DNA from: Centroscyllium fabricii
Lineage: Eukaryota
Direction of reading: 5' to 3'
Assembly: GCA_051313645.2 (NCBI GenBank)
Contig: JBNRSN020000003.1
Span: 422,468,001 to 422,532,000 of the forward strand
Length of the DNA: 64,000 nucleotides
In this document: positions 24,182 to 36,339 of the stretch, one piece after another
How the letters are laid out: every line of letters starts with the position of its first letter
How positions within the stretch are numbered: the first letter of the stretch is position 1
Notes under the pieces: generated by a model
Databases searched by the model: none
Told to the model about the DNA's origin: nothing
What the model saw: the letters and a program-made list of their open reading frames with translations, nothing else
Translations under genes and position numbers: made by a program

Positions 24182-24884
24182 TGGCTGATATGCTGTTCCC
24201 GTTTGTAGAGCGCGCGCACTCGCGCCACGTGAGCCGAGGCTATGCGTCTCCCTGGCAACGATTGTCCCAGCCGCGCGGCCCGCGTCACCGGTCCTGCTCA
24301 CCACAACCCGCGGTTTCACTTGTGTAATCTTTCCACCAAGGTACGACACAGATATTCCTCCGAATTAATTGTCTATATTCCCAGGCCCGCGGGAGAATCA
24401 GTAGATAAATCTACGATTCTGCACTTTGTTTAAAACTAATTGAAAAGGGACCGTCGTTGTATGTTGATAAATGTCATGTTTCATAAAGTTATTTTCGTGG
24501 ATATTTCGTATATATTCCGACTGCGAACTGGGCCGCAAACACGGCACTGCGCATGCACACTGGGACAACTCTAAAAACCAAAATTATCCAAAAACCGATA
24601 CCCGCCCGGTCCCGAGGTTTTCGGATAAAGGGTTGTGTGCCTGTACTGTATTTGGAAAGGGCTTGTGCAACAGCAGTTGGCAACTTTAAGTGTTTCAAAT
24701 TAATTTTGAAGAAAGAATAATTCGAACATTTCACAAAGTCTTAAAGTGGTAACACAGGAATTTCTATTTATTTTTTTGATGTTTGTAATAATTCAATTGT
24801 TTCTTGTATAGTTGAAAAGGCTACAAGTTGAACAAGTGAAATTAACAAAATTACAGAATACCTCCATGTCTGAAATTGATATGC

Positions 24885-25290
24885 ACATAGAAACATAGAA
24901 ACATAGAAGGTAGGAGCAGGAGTAGGCCATTCGGCCCTTCGAACCTGCTCCGCCATTCAATGAGATCATGGCTGATCATCCAAACCCAGCACCCCGTTCC
25001 TGTCCCGTCCCCATATCCCTATCGAGCCTGCACCGACACATATCCCACCCTATCCCCGTAACCCCACACATTCAATCCCCCTAACACTAAGGGTCAATTT
25101 ATCATGGCCAATTAACCTAACCCGCATATCTTTGGACTGTGGGAGGAAACCGGAGCACCCGGAGGAAACCCACACAGACACGGGGAGAATGTGCAAACTC
25201 CACACAGATAGTACCCGAGGCTGGATTTGAACCCGGGTTTCTAGTGCTGTAAGGCAACAGTGCTAACCACTATGCCACCGTGCCGCCCCC
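24885..25290 (-). mobile_element. Full-length HE1-like V-SINE
   Basis: tRNA head (GGCACGGTGGCATAGTGG...GGGTTCAAATCC), V-domain (GTGTGGAGTTTGCACATTCTCCCCGTG) and CR1 tail. TGCACAT at both ends is a likely TSD. Confidence 0.92.
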
Positions 25291-27429
25291 GTGCACATGG
25301 CACATCTGGCACCTGATTTTGCAGGTTTGCATTCACAAAGCCAGACTCCTGTTCTTCATAAAAATTCCCCTTCTCTGCACTTTTTTTAATTGAGATTTTC
25401 AGATTGTTCATTACAAGATTTTCAAAATCTATATAAAAAGATGTCCCATTGTTTTAAAATTCAGCATGTTTAAATTTTAAATTTAGCCATATATGAATGA
25501 GCACATTTCTCCTGTAGCTGTTGAATGTATAGAAAATGTATGACAATTGGTTCCATTCCCTAAGGATAATTTGGATGTTTCTCTGCCCCCACCCTCGCCG
25601 GCCAGTCCCTAAGAAAGCCTAACAGAAGCAAATTAAACTGCAGGATCTTAAAACTTATTGTGGTAATTGGAGACTTTGCTCTCGGTAACTGTGAAGGATC
25701 AAATGCAAGCAGTTTATATCTCTTTTACTATGTCGCAGCAAATGTATTTGACTTTTTCTGAAAAGGGGCTAAATAGGTTATAAATTTTTTAATGCCATGC
25801 TGTAACTGTTGAACCATTTCTTCAACAAAATTGCAACTGACTATTGCTTTGGTTTAATTAGAATGGCAGGTCACCTCTGTGTGGATGACCTGTACTGAAT
25901 TTCCTGCAGATATGGAAAATAAAAACAATTCCACTGGCAAGACTTTAGATGGTAAATTATAGATGCTTAGATTTTATTTATTTGATTGACTGATACAAAG
26001 CACTAGGCTTGTGTGTTAATGCTCTGAGAACGACTCTTTACGAGTACAAGAGATTAGAAAATATTTGATAACACTTTTTTCTGCCATTTTTCTCCCCATC
26101 TGAAAATGTGAAATCATGACTTGGGTGTGGTTTCATGCGTGCTAGCTCCATTGTGGTACATTGCACATTATTCATACGTGTTCCTTTAGAGTGGGCATCG
26201 GCAAACTGTTCGACTGCAGGAGTATCACCGCTGTATCTGATCTTGTCCTCCTGTACCCACACATGCACACTTCTAACACTGGGTAATGAAGTGGAGCAGG
26301 AAATCCGGCTGTTTTCTCCCTGAGGAGTGTCCGCTCAATTGTAGCATCTCAACCCTGACTGAGATCAGCTAATTTGGCACAGGGCAGGGATTAAATCGGA
26401 GATCTTACTGGCCTGTATGGGGTGAGCAGGTAATTATTGACTTTTTAACAAACTTGATATCTTAAACTCTGTCTTAAAAGGAATGTGTTTCAATTTACCT
26501 GTGTAAATGGGTGAAATGTTGGAAGAAAAACTTAAAGCAGACCTATGAATAGTGAGCAGATGCTTGCTTTATAAAAGATGTTCCAAGGAGTGCCAAAGTG
26601 ATTAATAATTTCTTTTTGAAATTTTATTTTTTAAATATAGGCCCATTGGTGTTGTAATTTAGAGTCAACCAACAGGACAGACACTCATTTTTACCATTTG
26701 TGGCACAGGCACAGAGTTGACGCTTCATGTCTGCCACAGACAAACTCGTTTGTAAATGAGATGGTTAATATGGTTGCTGCCCTCCTGCTCTGTTTCATCA
26801 GCCATGTTTGACTAAGCACCCAGGAGGGATGGGCACAAGGAGCTCCTCCAACAATAATGTACTGTAATTGTTAGTCACATCAAAATCCACAAGTTGCTGG
26901 CATGGGTACAAATAGGACTGGCACCAGCCCTCAAAGAGGAACTTTGGGCCCGATATCTTCTGGAATGCGGTGCCATCGTTACTATTACTATTTTGTCCTT
27001 TCAGTCATCCTGTAAATAATTATGGAGAGTATCTCATGACACATAGGGTTGTTTCCCAGAATTAAACATTTACAACATGTCAAACCAAACAACAGCAGCT
27101 GAGGGTCAAAAATAAATTATGCATTTTGTACTTTTAGAACAGTGATGAGAAAAGTTTCTGAAGTAATAAAATGAGAATAAGTGGATACAAACAGAAGGAA
27201 ATGTACCCATAAAAATGGAAAAGGAGGCGAGGGTAAACTTTATGCAAGAGAAATAACCTTTTACATATTCATAATTTTTATTTTTCATGATCAAATGTAT
27301 TCTCTTACAATATTGAGTTCCATATGCTCCATTTTTGCGATGATCAGTGATACTGAGCCTTGGTATACCAGTATACTTTTCTGATTATTAGTTTTGTGAT
27401 TATGAGAAGTCTTCTCTCTCACAGGACTT

Positions 27430-27564
27430 GGCTTACTGATAGCTTTCTTGCCCCTGAATTAGAAAGTTGTGCGATAAAGCCCGACTGCAAGACTTCATTC
27501 AGTACATAATTTAAGCTAGCACTTCAGTGCGGTACTGACAGAGTTTTGCAATGTTGGAGGTGCC
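27430..27564 (+). mobile_element. Decayed tRNA-derived SINE head (SacSINE/DeuSINE-like)
   Basis: AGAAAGTTGTG...CACTTCAGTGCGGTACTGACAGAG...TGTTGGAGGTGCC. A similar remnant lies at ~63178-63268. Confidence 0.4.
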
Positions 27565-27566
27565 TA

Positions 27567-27969
27567 ATAGAAACATAGAAACATAGAAGATAGGAGCAGG
27601 AGTAGGCCATTCGGCCCTTCGAGCCTGCTCCGCCATTCAACGAGATCATGGCTGATAATCCAATCCCAGTACTCTGTCCCTGCCTTGTCCCCATGCCCCT
27701 CGATCCCTATCGAACCTGCATATCCTACCTGATCCCTGTAACCCCACATATTTAATCCCCCTAACACTAAGGGTCAATTTATCCTGGCCAATCAACCTAA
27801 CCCGCACATCTTTGGACTGTGGGAGGAAACCGGAGCACCCGGAGGAAACCCACGCAGACACTGGGAGAATGTGCAAACTCCACACAGATAGTACCCGAGG
27901 CTGGATATGAACCCGGGTCTCCAGTGCTGTGAGACAGCAGTGCTAACCACTGTGCCACCGTGCCGCCCC
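27567..27969 (-). mobile_element. Full-length HE1-like V-SINE
   Basis: Same tRNA head / V-domain / CR1-tail organisation as 24885-25290. Confidence 0.92.
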
Positions 27970-28505
27970 ATAATATTTATATTATGTATACAGCACATTG
28001 TGTCAGGGAGTGTTGGACTTCAAAGTTCCTTCAGCAATGTATTTATGTTCTCGTTGATGGAGGTGTGGAGTGGAGGTGAGCATTTCCTTTCACAGGAGGA
28101 AGGATAGAGGAAAAACAGAATGGGGAGTTACTGTAGTTTGTAATTGTTCATTTTGGAGTGGCCAGTTCCAGAGCAAGAATTGGTAACTGCATTGGAACGA
28201 TCTTTTCCTTCATCTCTGAATGAGGAGTAGCAGATAATTTGTGAAATGGGGAAACCAAGAGTGGAGAAAAACTGCCACAATGCCAATTCAAACACATGCT
28301 CTGTTGGAAGATTTTGTGAACACACCTACTCTTAACAGTTTCAGTATCTGTGTGTTTACATTGACATTTTCTGTAAACATTTACAATGCTTACTTTGGAG
28401 ATTGCAGCAGTGACCAAATCCTATTAGAGATGAGATTTGTCATTTTCAGTGATTATGTCACAGTTTCAGTGTGTTTTTGCTCTCTTTCATTTTATAGAAG
28501 TCCTT

Positions 28506-28860
28506 GGGGGGAGAAATTTGGTGGCTTGCGCTAGCCGTTAGCGCCCTATGGGAGCTGCTAATGGGGCGCAAGCCTGGGCTGGCGCCTCCCACGATATTGA
28601 GTGGGGCGCTGGCGTGTGTGGTAGCCGGTAGCGCCCCGTGGCTCCACCCTGCTGGGGATGACGTCATCGGAGTGCACAGTGCCCCGCTCACGCCCAGGCC
28701 GCGAAATTCAGTCGCGCCCGCTGCCGTACCGCCTGGCGCTGCTCATGTCAGCTTCAGGTTGTCGTACTTGCAGCAGGGGAGCGCTACTTAAAGGGAAGGG
28801 TGCCGGGCGGCCATTTTTCTTGCTGGCCGACTGCCAGCACCTGTCCTGGGCCTCCCCCGA
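28506..28860. mobile_element. Truncated relative of the 19007-19761 element
   Basis: Starts GGGGGGAGAAATT. GTAGCCGGTAGCGCCCC...GATGACGTCATCG...CGCGCCC aligns with the reverse complement of ~19540-19761. Confidence 0.55.
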
Positions 28861-29059
28861 TGTCTCCTGTTTGGGGAGATGGACTGGTGGGGCGGGGAGA
28901 AAATTAGAGGGTGATTTGATCTGTGATCTGGTTCAGTCATCACCGATTGATTTTGTGAGTGTGATCGCTTTTGAACACCTTGATTGCAATTAAAGTTGTA
29001 ACTTCTCAGCAATTTATTGTATCTAGCTATCTTTTATCACTCTATCATATATTAAAAAT

Positions 29060-30532
29060 GAATCATAGAATGATTACAGCACGGAAGAAAGACAATTCGG
29101 CCTGTCGAGCCCGTGCTGATTCTCAGCTAGTCCCACTCCCCAGCCTTTTCCCTGTAGCCCTGCAAATTGTTTTCCTTCAGATACTTATCCAACTCCCTTT
29201 TGAAAGGTAAGATTGAGTCTGCCTCCACCACCCTTTCAGGCAGTGCATTCCAGATCTTAACCACTCACTGTGTAAAAACATTTTTTCTTATGTCGCCTTT
29301 GGTTCTTTTGCCAAAAACCTTAAATCTGTGTCCTCTGGCTCTCGACCCTTCTGCCAATGGGAACAGTTTCCCTCTATCTACTCTGTCAAGACCCCTCATG
29401 ATTTTGATCTATCAAATCTCCTCTCAATCTTCTCTGCTCCAAGGAGAACAACCCTAGCTTCTCCAGTCTATCAACGTAACTGAAGTCCCTCATTCCTGGA
29501 ATCATTTCTGTAAATCTTTTCTGCACCTTCTCTAAGGCCTTCACATCCTTCCTAAAGTGTGCTGCCCAGAATTGGACACAGTACTCCAGTTGGGGCTGAA
29601 CCAGTGTTTTAGACAGGTTCATCATAATTTCCACACTTTGTACTCTGTACCTCTATTTATGAAGCCCAGGACCCCAAAAGCCTTCTAAACTGCTTTCTCA
29701 ACCTGCCCTGCTGCCTTCAATGATTTGTGCACACGTACCCCATGGGCTCTGTTCGTGCACCCCCTTTAGGATTGTACCATGTAGTTTATATGTCCTTTCC
29801 TCGATCATTCTACCAAAATATCTCACTTTGCACTTTTCTGCATTAAATTTCATCTGCCACGTGTCTGCCCATTTCACCAGCCTGTCTATGTCTACCTGAA
29901 GTCTATCACTCTCCTAACTGTTCACTATACTTCCAAGTTTTGTGTCATGCGCAGATTTTGAAATTGTGCCCTGTGCACCCACCTCCAAGTCATTAATATA
30001 TATCAAGAAAAGTAGTGGTCCTAGAACCAACCCCTGGGGAACACCACCTTCCTCCAGTCCGAAAAACAACCGTTCACCACTTCTCTGTTTCCTGTCACTT
30101 AGCCAATTTCATATCCATGCTGCCACTGCCCCTTTTATTTCATGGGCTTCAACTTTGCTGGCAAGCCCCTTATGTGGCATTTTGTTGAACGCCTTTTGGA
30201 AATCCATGTACACCACATCAACCGCATTACCCTCATCAACCCTCTCTGTTATCTCATCAAAAAACTCAATCAAATTAGTTAAACATGATTTGCCTTTAGC
30301 AAATCCGTGCTGGCTTTCCTTAATTAATCCACACCTATCCAGTTGACTGTTAATTTTGTCCCTGATTACTGTTTCTAAAATCTTCCCCACTACTGAGGTT
30401 AAACTGGCTGGCCTGTAGTTGCTGGGTTTATCTTTACACCTTTTTGAACAATGGTGTAACATTTGCAATTCTCCAGTCCTCTGGCACCACCCCCATATCT
30501 ATGGAGGATTGGAATATTATGGCCAGTACCTC
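29060..30532 (-). mobile_element. CR1-clade LINE 3' fragment, frameshifted
   Basis: ORFs read NYRPASLTSVVGK...QHGFAKGKSC...DFQKAF and QLEYCVQFW. Same subfamily as 3519-4480. Confidence 0.92.
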
Positions 30533-30818
30533 CGTATGTAGTTGTCATATTGCAGACATTACACTTGACTCTAGATGCAAAAACAATTAAAAAATACCGA
30601 CTGCTTTTGAGCTGTAATCATAAACAAGTATATTCCAGTTTATGAAGTTCCCTGACTGAACAATAATTAAACTCTGGGTGACTTCAGATTGTGCTTACTT
30701 ATAGCAATTAGACTTTATAGGATTAAAGAACCACATGCGTGTGTGCCAAATTGTGTTTGATAATGCTCATGTGAAGCATCTTGGAACATTTTACTATGTT
30801 AAGTGTGCTGTATAAATG

Positions 30819-31225
30819 TTTGATTGGCACCCCATCCACCACCTTAAACATTCACTCCCTCCACCACCGGCGTACCGTGGTTGCAGTGTGTACCATCTAC
30901 AAGATGCACTGCAGGCTTCTTCGACAGCACCTCCCAAACCTGCGACTTCTGCCACTTAGAAGGACAAGGTCAGCAGGCGCATAGGAACACCACCACCTCC
31001 AGGTTCCCCTGCCATCCTGACTTGGAAGTATATCGCCGTTCCTTCATTGTCACTGAGTCAAAATCCTGGAACTCCCTCCCTAACAGCACTGTGGGAGCAC
31101 TTGCATCACATGGACTGCAACGGTTCAAAACGCGGCTCACCACCATCTTCTCAAAGGCAATTAGGGATGGGCAATAAATGCTGGCCTTGCCAGCAGCACC
31201 AACATCCTGTGAATGAATTTTAAAA
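30819..31225 (+). mobile_element. 3' fragment of a second CR1/L2-group LINE, inserted in an L2 3' tail
   Basis: Translates to HSLHHRRTVVAVCTIYKMHC. Tail shared with the SINE at 4579. Flanks read as an L2 tail (TGTGAAGCATCTTGG...TATAAATG | CATGTTGTTGTTG). Confidence 0.75.
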
Positions 31226-31605
31226 ATGCATGTTGTTGTTGTTGTTGTATGTGTGTATATACAGTAATATGTAGAATCCGTGGTATTAGTTCCACATAAA
31301 TTCCCCATCCCTGTCGGGATTCAATTAACAAGAGTACTTTCATTGGTTCTCCAAATAGCTCAAAGAGTTTGTCCAGTAACTGTACAGGACCGTATTTAGT
31401 CAGCACTGAAATGCCAGCAGCTCTGAGTTAGGTGCAAGATTGACTGTCAGGTGTGGAAAGGATTTTAAGTGCGGCTACTATTTTCCCCACAGTTGAGTTT
31501 TACTGTCGGGACTCGCTATCGAGGCTCGCACATGAATTTTGGCCACTTGGATGAGGTATATCAGTGTTTGGCACCATGGAACTCGACCTCAACAAACAAC
31601 ATGTA

Positions 31606-32308
31606 CAGGTTGTGCACCGAAAATCCGTGACCCGAAACGCCGGCAGCTTCAGTCTGCCGGAACAAATTGCCCCGACTGCACTGCGCATGCGCAAGATGGC
31701 AGCCGCGATCGTGGCTTCGGCGAATGATCTGCGCCGGCGAACGCCGAGCGCATGCGCAGATCATTCAAAACGGCTGCCGGGTGTTTTGAATGATCTGCGC
31801 ATGCGTCGCCGGACGGCTAGCGCATGCGCAGATCATCAAAATTGCCGCCGGACGAGCCGGGCCTTCCGTGGTGTCAGGGCGCGGCAGCTCGACTACCATC
31901 CCTGAAACCCTTAAACGAAGGGGAACGGAGATGAAGATGCACAAATACCCACAGTCAAAGGAACCGACAGTTAAGGGACAGAAGTGGGTGGTTGTGGGGT
32001 TGGTGGAGATTACCGAGATAGGGAGGGGTGAGCCCGAAGAGATTTAAACACGGAGGTTAGAATTTTAAGTGCGAGCATTGGGGAACTTGGTGCCAATGCA
32101 GGTCAGCGATGGACAAACAAGGATGCAAACAGCAGAGTTCTGGATGAGATGATCTAATATTTTGAATGTTCGGCGGCCATTTCCAATGTGCGCATGCGCG
32201 CGGCCATTTTGAATGGCATGCGCACTGACCGACTTCATTCTGCCGGTTTTTTCACTTTCCCGGCACGGGCCTGGTCCCGCCCGTGCCGGATTTCCGGTGC
32301 GCAACCTG
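31606..32308 (+). mobile_element. pogo/Tigger-like MITE (family B)
   Basis: TIRs CAGGTTGTGCACCG / CGGTGCGCAACCTG with TA TSD. Arms homologous to 41428-42029. Confidence 0.85.
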
Positions 32309-33120
32309 TATTTATATTGCGACTTTAATGTAGTAAAACGTCCCAAGGCACTTAACAGGAGTGTTAGAAAACAAAATTTGACACCGAGCCACATAAGGAG
32401 AAATTAGGGGAGATGACCAAAAGCTGGGTCAAAGGGGTAGTTTTTAAGGAGCATCTTAAAGGAGGAAAGAGAGATACATAGGATTACATGGGATATACGG
32501 CACGGAAACAGGCCATTCGGCCCAACCAGTCCATGCCGGCGTTTATGCTCCACTCGAGCCTCCTCCCGTCTTTCCTCAGCTGAATCTATCAGCATAACCC
32601 TCTATTACCTTCTCCCTCATATGCTTGTCTAGCCTCCCTTTAAACGCATCGATACTACTCACTTCAACCACTCGCTGTGGTAGCGAGTTCCACATTCTCA
32701 CCACTGGGTAAAGAAGTTTCTTCTGAATTCCCTATTGTATTTCTTGGTGACTATCTTATATTGACGGCCTCTAGTTATGCTCTTCCCCACAAGTGGAAAC
32801 ATTCTTTCTCTATCCACTCCATCAAAACATTTCATAATTTTAAAGACCTCTATTCGGTCACCCCTCAGCCTTTTTTCAAGAGAAAAGAGACCCAGCCTGT
32901 TCATCCTTTCCTAATATGTTATCACGCGCATTTCTGGTATCATCCTTGTAAATCTTCTCTGCACCCTCTCCAGTGCCTCTATATCCTTTTCATAATATGG
33001 CGACGAGAACTGCGCACAGTACTCTAAGTGTGGTCTAACCAAGGTTCGATACAGGTTTAGCATAACTTCCCTACTTTTCAATTCTATACCTCAAGAAATA
33101 AACCCTAGTGCTTGGTTTGC

Positions 33121-33214
33121 TCTCTTTCCACCTGACGAAGGGGCAAAAGCTCCGAAAGCTTGTGATTTAAAATAAAACTGTTGGACTATAATCTGGTGTT
33201 GTGTGACTTCTTGC
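33121..33214 (+). mobile_element. Penelope-like 3' fragment with a hammerhead-like motif, nested in CR1
   Basis: CCTGACGAAGGGGCAAAAGCTCCGAAAGCTTGTG...GTGTGACTTCTTGC. Confidence 0.8.
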
Positions 33215-33690
33215 TTTTTTATGGCCTTGCTAACCAGTGTCGCAACTTTGAGTGATTTGTGTATTTGTACTCCGAGTTCCCTTTGTTCCTCTACCCTACC
33301 TAGACTCACACCCTCCAAGTAATAAGTGACCTCCCTATTCTTCCTACCAAAATGTAATACCTCACATTTATCTGTGTTGAGCTGCATTTGCCAATTATAT
33401 GCCCATTCTGCAAGTTTATTAATGTCCTCCTGTAATTTGTTGCAGTCCTTCTCAGTATTGACTATCCCCCACCCAATTTGGTGTCATCCGCAAATTTAGA
33501 AATTGTGTTTTTGATTCCAAAGTCTAAATCGTTCATATAAATTGTGAACAACAGTGGTCCCAGCACTGATCCTTGTGGATCACCACTACCCACCATCTGC
33601 CACTGTGAATAGCTACCTTTTACCCCTACTCTCTGCTTTCTGTCTTGAAGCCAGCGAGCTATCCATTCTGCTACTTGTTCCCTGATTCCG

Positions 33691-34086
33691 CATAGAAACA
33701 TAGAAACTAGGAGCAGGAGTAGGCCATTCGGCCCTTCGAGCCTGCTCCGCCATTCAATGAGATCATGGCTGATCATCCAAACCCAGCACCCCGCCCCTGC
33801 CCCCTCCCCATATCCCTCGATCCCTATCGAGCCTGCACCGACACATCCCACCCTATCCCCGTAACCCCACATATTTAATCCCCCTGACACTAAGGGTCAA
33901 TTTATCATGGCCAATCAACCTAACCCGCACATCTTTGGACTGTGGGAGGAAACCGGAGCACCCGGAGGAAACCCACGCAGACACGGGGAGAATGTGCAAA
34001 CTCCACACAGATAGTACCCGAGGCTGGATTTGAACCCGGGTCTCCAGTGCTGTGAGACAACAGTGCTAACCACTATGCCACCCGCC
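33691..34086 (-). mobile_element. HE1-like V-SINE nested in CR1
   Basis: Full SINE organisation. CR1 sequence resumes on both sides and CAT is duplicated. Confidence 0.92.
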
Positions 34087-36339
34087 ATTCTCTGACCTTT
34101 ATTCATTAGTCTATTATGGGGTACCTTATCGAAGGTCTTTTGAAAATATAGATAAATTACATCATCTGCATTGCCCTTGTCTGTTAAGCTGACTGATCTA
34201 TAATTGCCTGGACATGTTCTATCCCTGTTCTTAAATAAAGGTATTATGTTCGCTATAATGCCAGTCCTCTGGCACTACACCTTTTTCTAACCAATTATAA
34301 CAGAGGTATAACTACACATATTTAATATCTCCCCTAGATTCTATTAAAATGTGTGGATGCAATCCATCTGGACCAGGGGTTTTATCCTCTTTGACTTTGA
34401 TTAGTTTATTTAATATATCCCCTCTATTTTAAATGCACGTATCTCATTACTAATCTCATCATCCAATGTCATGTCCACCTGTTCTATCTCCCTGGTAAAT
34501 ACTGAAGCAAAATAATTATTTAATATTTCTGCCATCTGTCTATACCTGTGGTATTATCCTGTCTATCCCTTAATGGCCCTATTCCGATCCCAACCTCCCT
34601 TTTTTTATTGATGTCCTTGCCTTTGAAATATTTTACTATTTTGTTTTATGTTCCTTGATAATTTAATTTCATAGTTCCTTTTTGCCTTCCTAATTGTTTT
34701 TTGGGGGGTTCTCTCCTAATCTCTTCATATTCTCCCTTATCATGGACTCCCCTGCTGTCTATGAAGTTAATGAAGGCCTCTTTCCTTACCTTCAATTGTT
34801 CCCTTATGACTTTATTCATCTACGGAGTCTCATTAGTGTTTCATTCCTTTTAGCGGAATATATTGTTGCTGCATTCTGTTGAACACTGTTTTAAATGTTT
34901 CCCATTGCTATTCTACATCGTTGTTTGCCAATATTGTTGCCCATTTTATTTCCCCAAGTTCTATTCTCAGCCCCTCAAAATCAGCTTTTCTCCAATCTAC
35001 TACCCTGGTTTGTCATACTTAGGTCCTTCTCAATTATCATCTTAAAGCGTATTATATTATGGTCACTATTGCCTAGATGTTCTCCTACTTTTACTTTTCT
35101 TATCTGCTCTGGTTCCTTCCCCATTACTAGATCCAATCTCAAATCCTCCCTTAGAGGCGGAGAGGTTTAGGGGGGGAATTCCAGAGCTTGGGGCCCAGGC
35201 AGCTGAAGGCACGACTGCCAATGGTGGAGCGATTAAAATCAGGAATGCTCAAGAGGCCAGAATTAGAGGAGTGTAGATATCTCTGGGGGGGTTTAAGGGC
35301 TGGAGGAGATTACAGAGACTCACAGTGGGTATTTGCTTGGGGTTCTCATCAGCTGCCATTCCTTCAGTGGAAGATCAGTGAAAGCCTTGTTTGTGCAGTC
35401 TATCTGGGGTTTCTGTTGAACTTATGGCAGCTGATTAAGAGAACACCTGAGGAAAGAGGAGGGGAAAAAGTACATTTGTCATATGTAAAATTTGTCTTCT
35501 TCCTTACTCATAAAATCTACAGTGACTGTTTTAATAAGCATTTCATGCTGGTGATTCTCGGGACAGTGTTAAAGATCTACTTCACTCTTATAATGAAGTT
35601 ATACGCTGCCTTGAATGTATTGAAGCCTTGTAACATGCTCCCACGCATATAATATTAGTGAATAATCACTTCATATATATTATATGAATGAGAGATATTT
35701 TTCAGACAAGACTTTATTTGCTCATGGAGGTTTTGTACTTAATCATCTTGCAAGAGGGGGAAAAAAACTTGATGCGGCTCTTCATGTGACAGGCTGATTT
35801 TCCACCCCTGTTGTGTTGCTGCTTGCTGTAGTTAATATTCGGCTGTAAGTGTCTTGGAGAAGTAAACCAAAGGGCCCCGCACATGACACTAGAGTGCATT
35901 TCCATTAATTATGCAGTCAGAACTGGTGCGAAAATGCTGTCATAGAAAGCCAGTAAATGAGATCTCTTCAAATAGGGCTGAATGAAGTGCATTCACTTTA
36001 TTTAAGCCAGAATGTTGCCGTAAGTGCAAAGATGGACACAATGGACATTTTTGCTGGTGGTTTTTAATTACTGTACGCTTAGTTGTTATGTGAAGTGCTT
36101 AAATGAGAAGAATGCTGCAGTTTCACAAATTCAATGTTTTACTGTAATGTGCAGGCACCTTGATGTAAAGTGTCTGCTGTGGAGAGAATGTTGGACTTGC
36201 AATTAAAGACTGCAACATAGCAGTTTAGTAGAATAATATTATCAATTTAATAGTTCAATTTGTTCTTTCAATTGTTTCAGGAGAAATCAGATTTTAAAAT
36301 ATATGCATGTTACATGTGTGTATGTCTTCACAGGAACTG

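Larger units (their letters stand above)
23818..24643 (+). mobile_element. pogo/Tigger-like MITE (family A) with internal inserts
   Basis: TIRs CAGGTACACAATCCTTTTTCCG / CGGATAAAGGGTTGTGTGCCTG with TA TSD. Homologous to the copies at 42412 and 60468. Confidence 0.85.
32476..35135 (-). mobile_element. Decayed CR1-clade LINE
   Basis: Fragments read PQGSVLGPLLF...ISKFADDTKLGG, LGLFSLEKRLRGD and FFTQW. Hosts Penelope and SINE inserts. Confidence 0.88.
31591..35320 (-). mobile_element. L2 LINE 3' fragment split by nested insertions (pieces at 31591-31605, 32309-32475, 35152-35320)
   Basis: The pieces AACAACATGTA | TTTATATTGCGACTTTAATGTAGTAAAACGTCCCAAGGCAC...GAGAGA | GAGGCGGAGAGGTTTAGGG join into a continuous L2 3' end. 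Confidence 0.7.
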
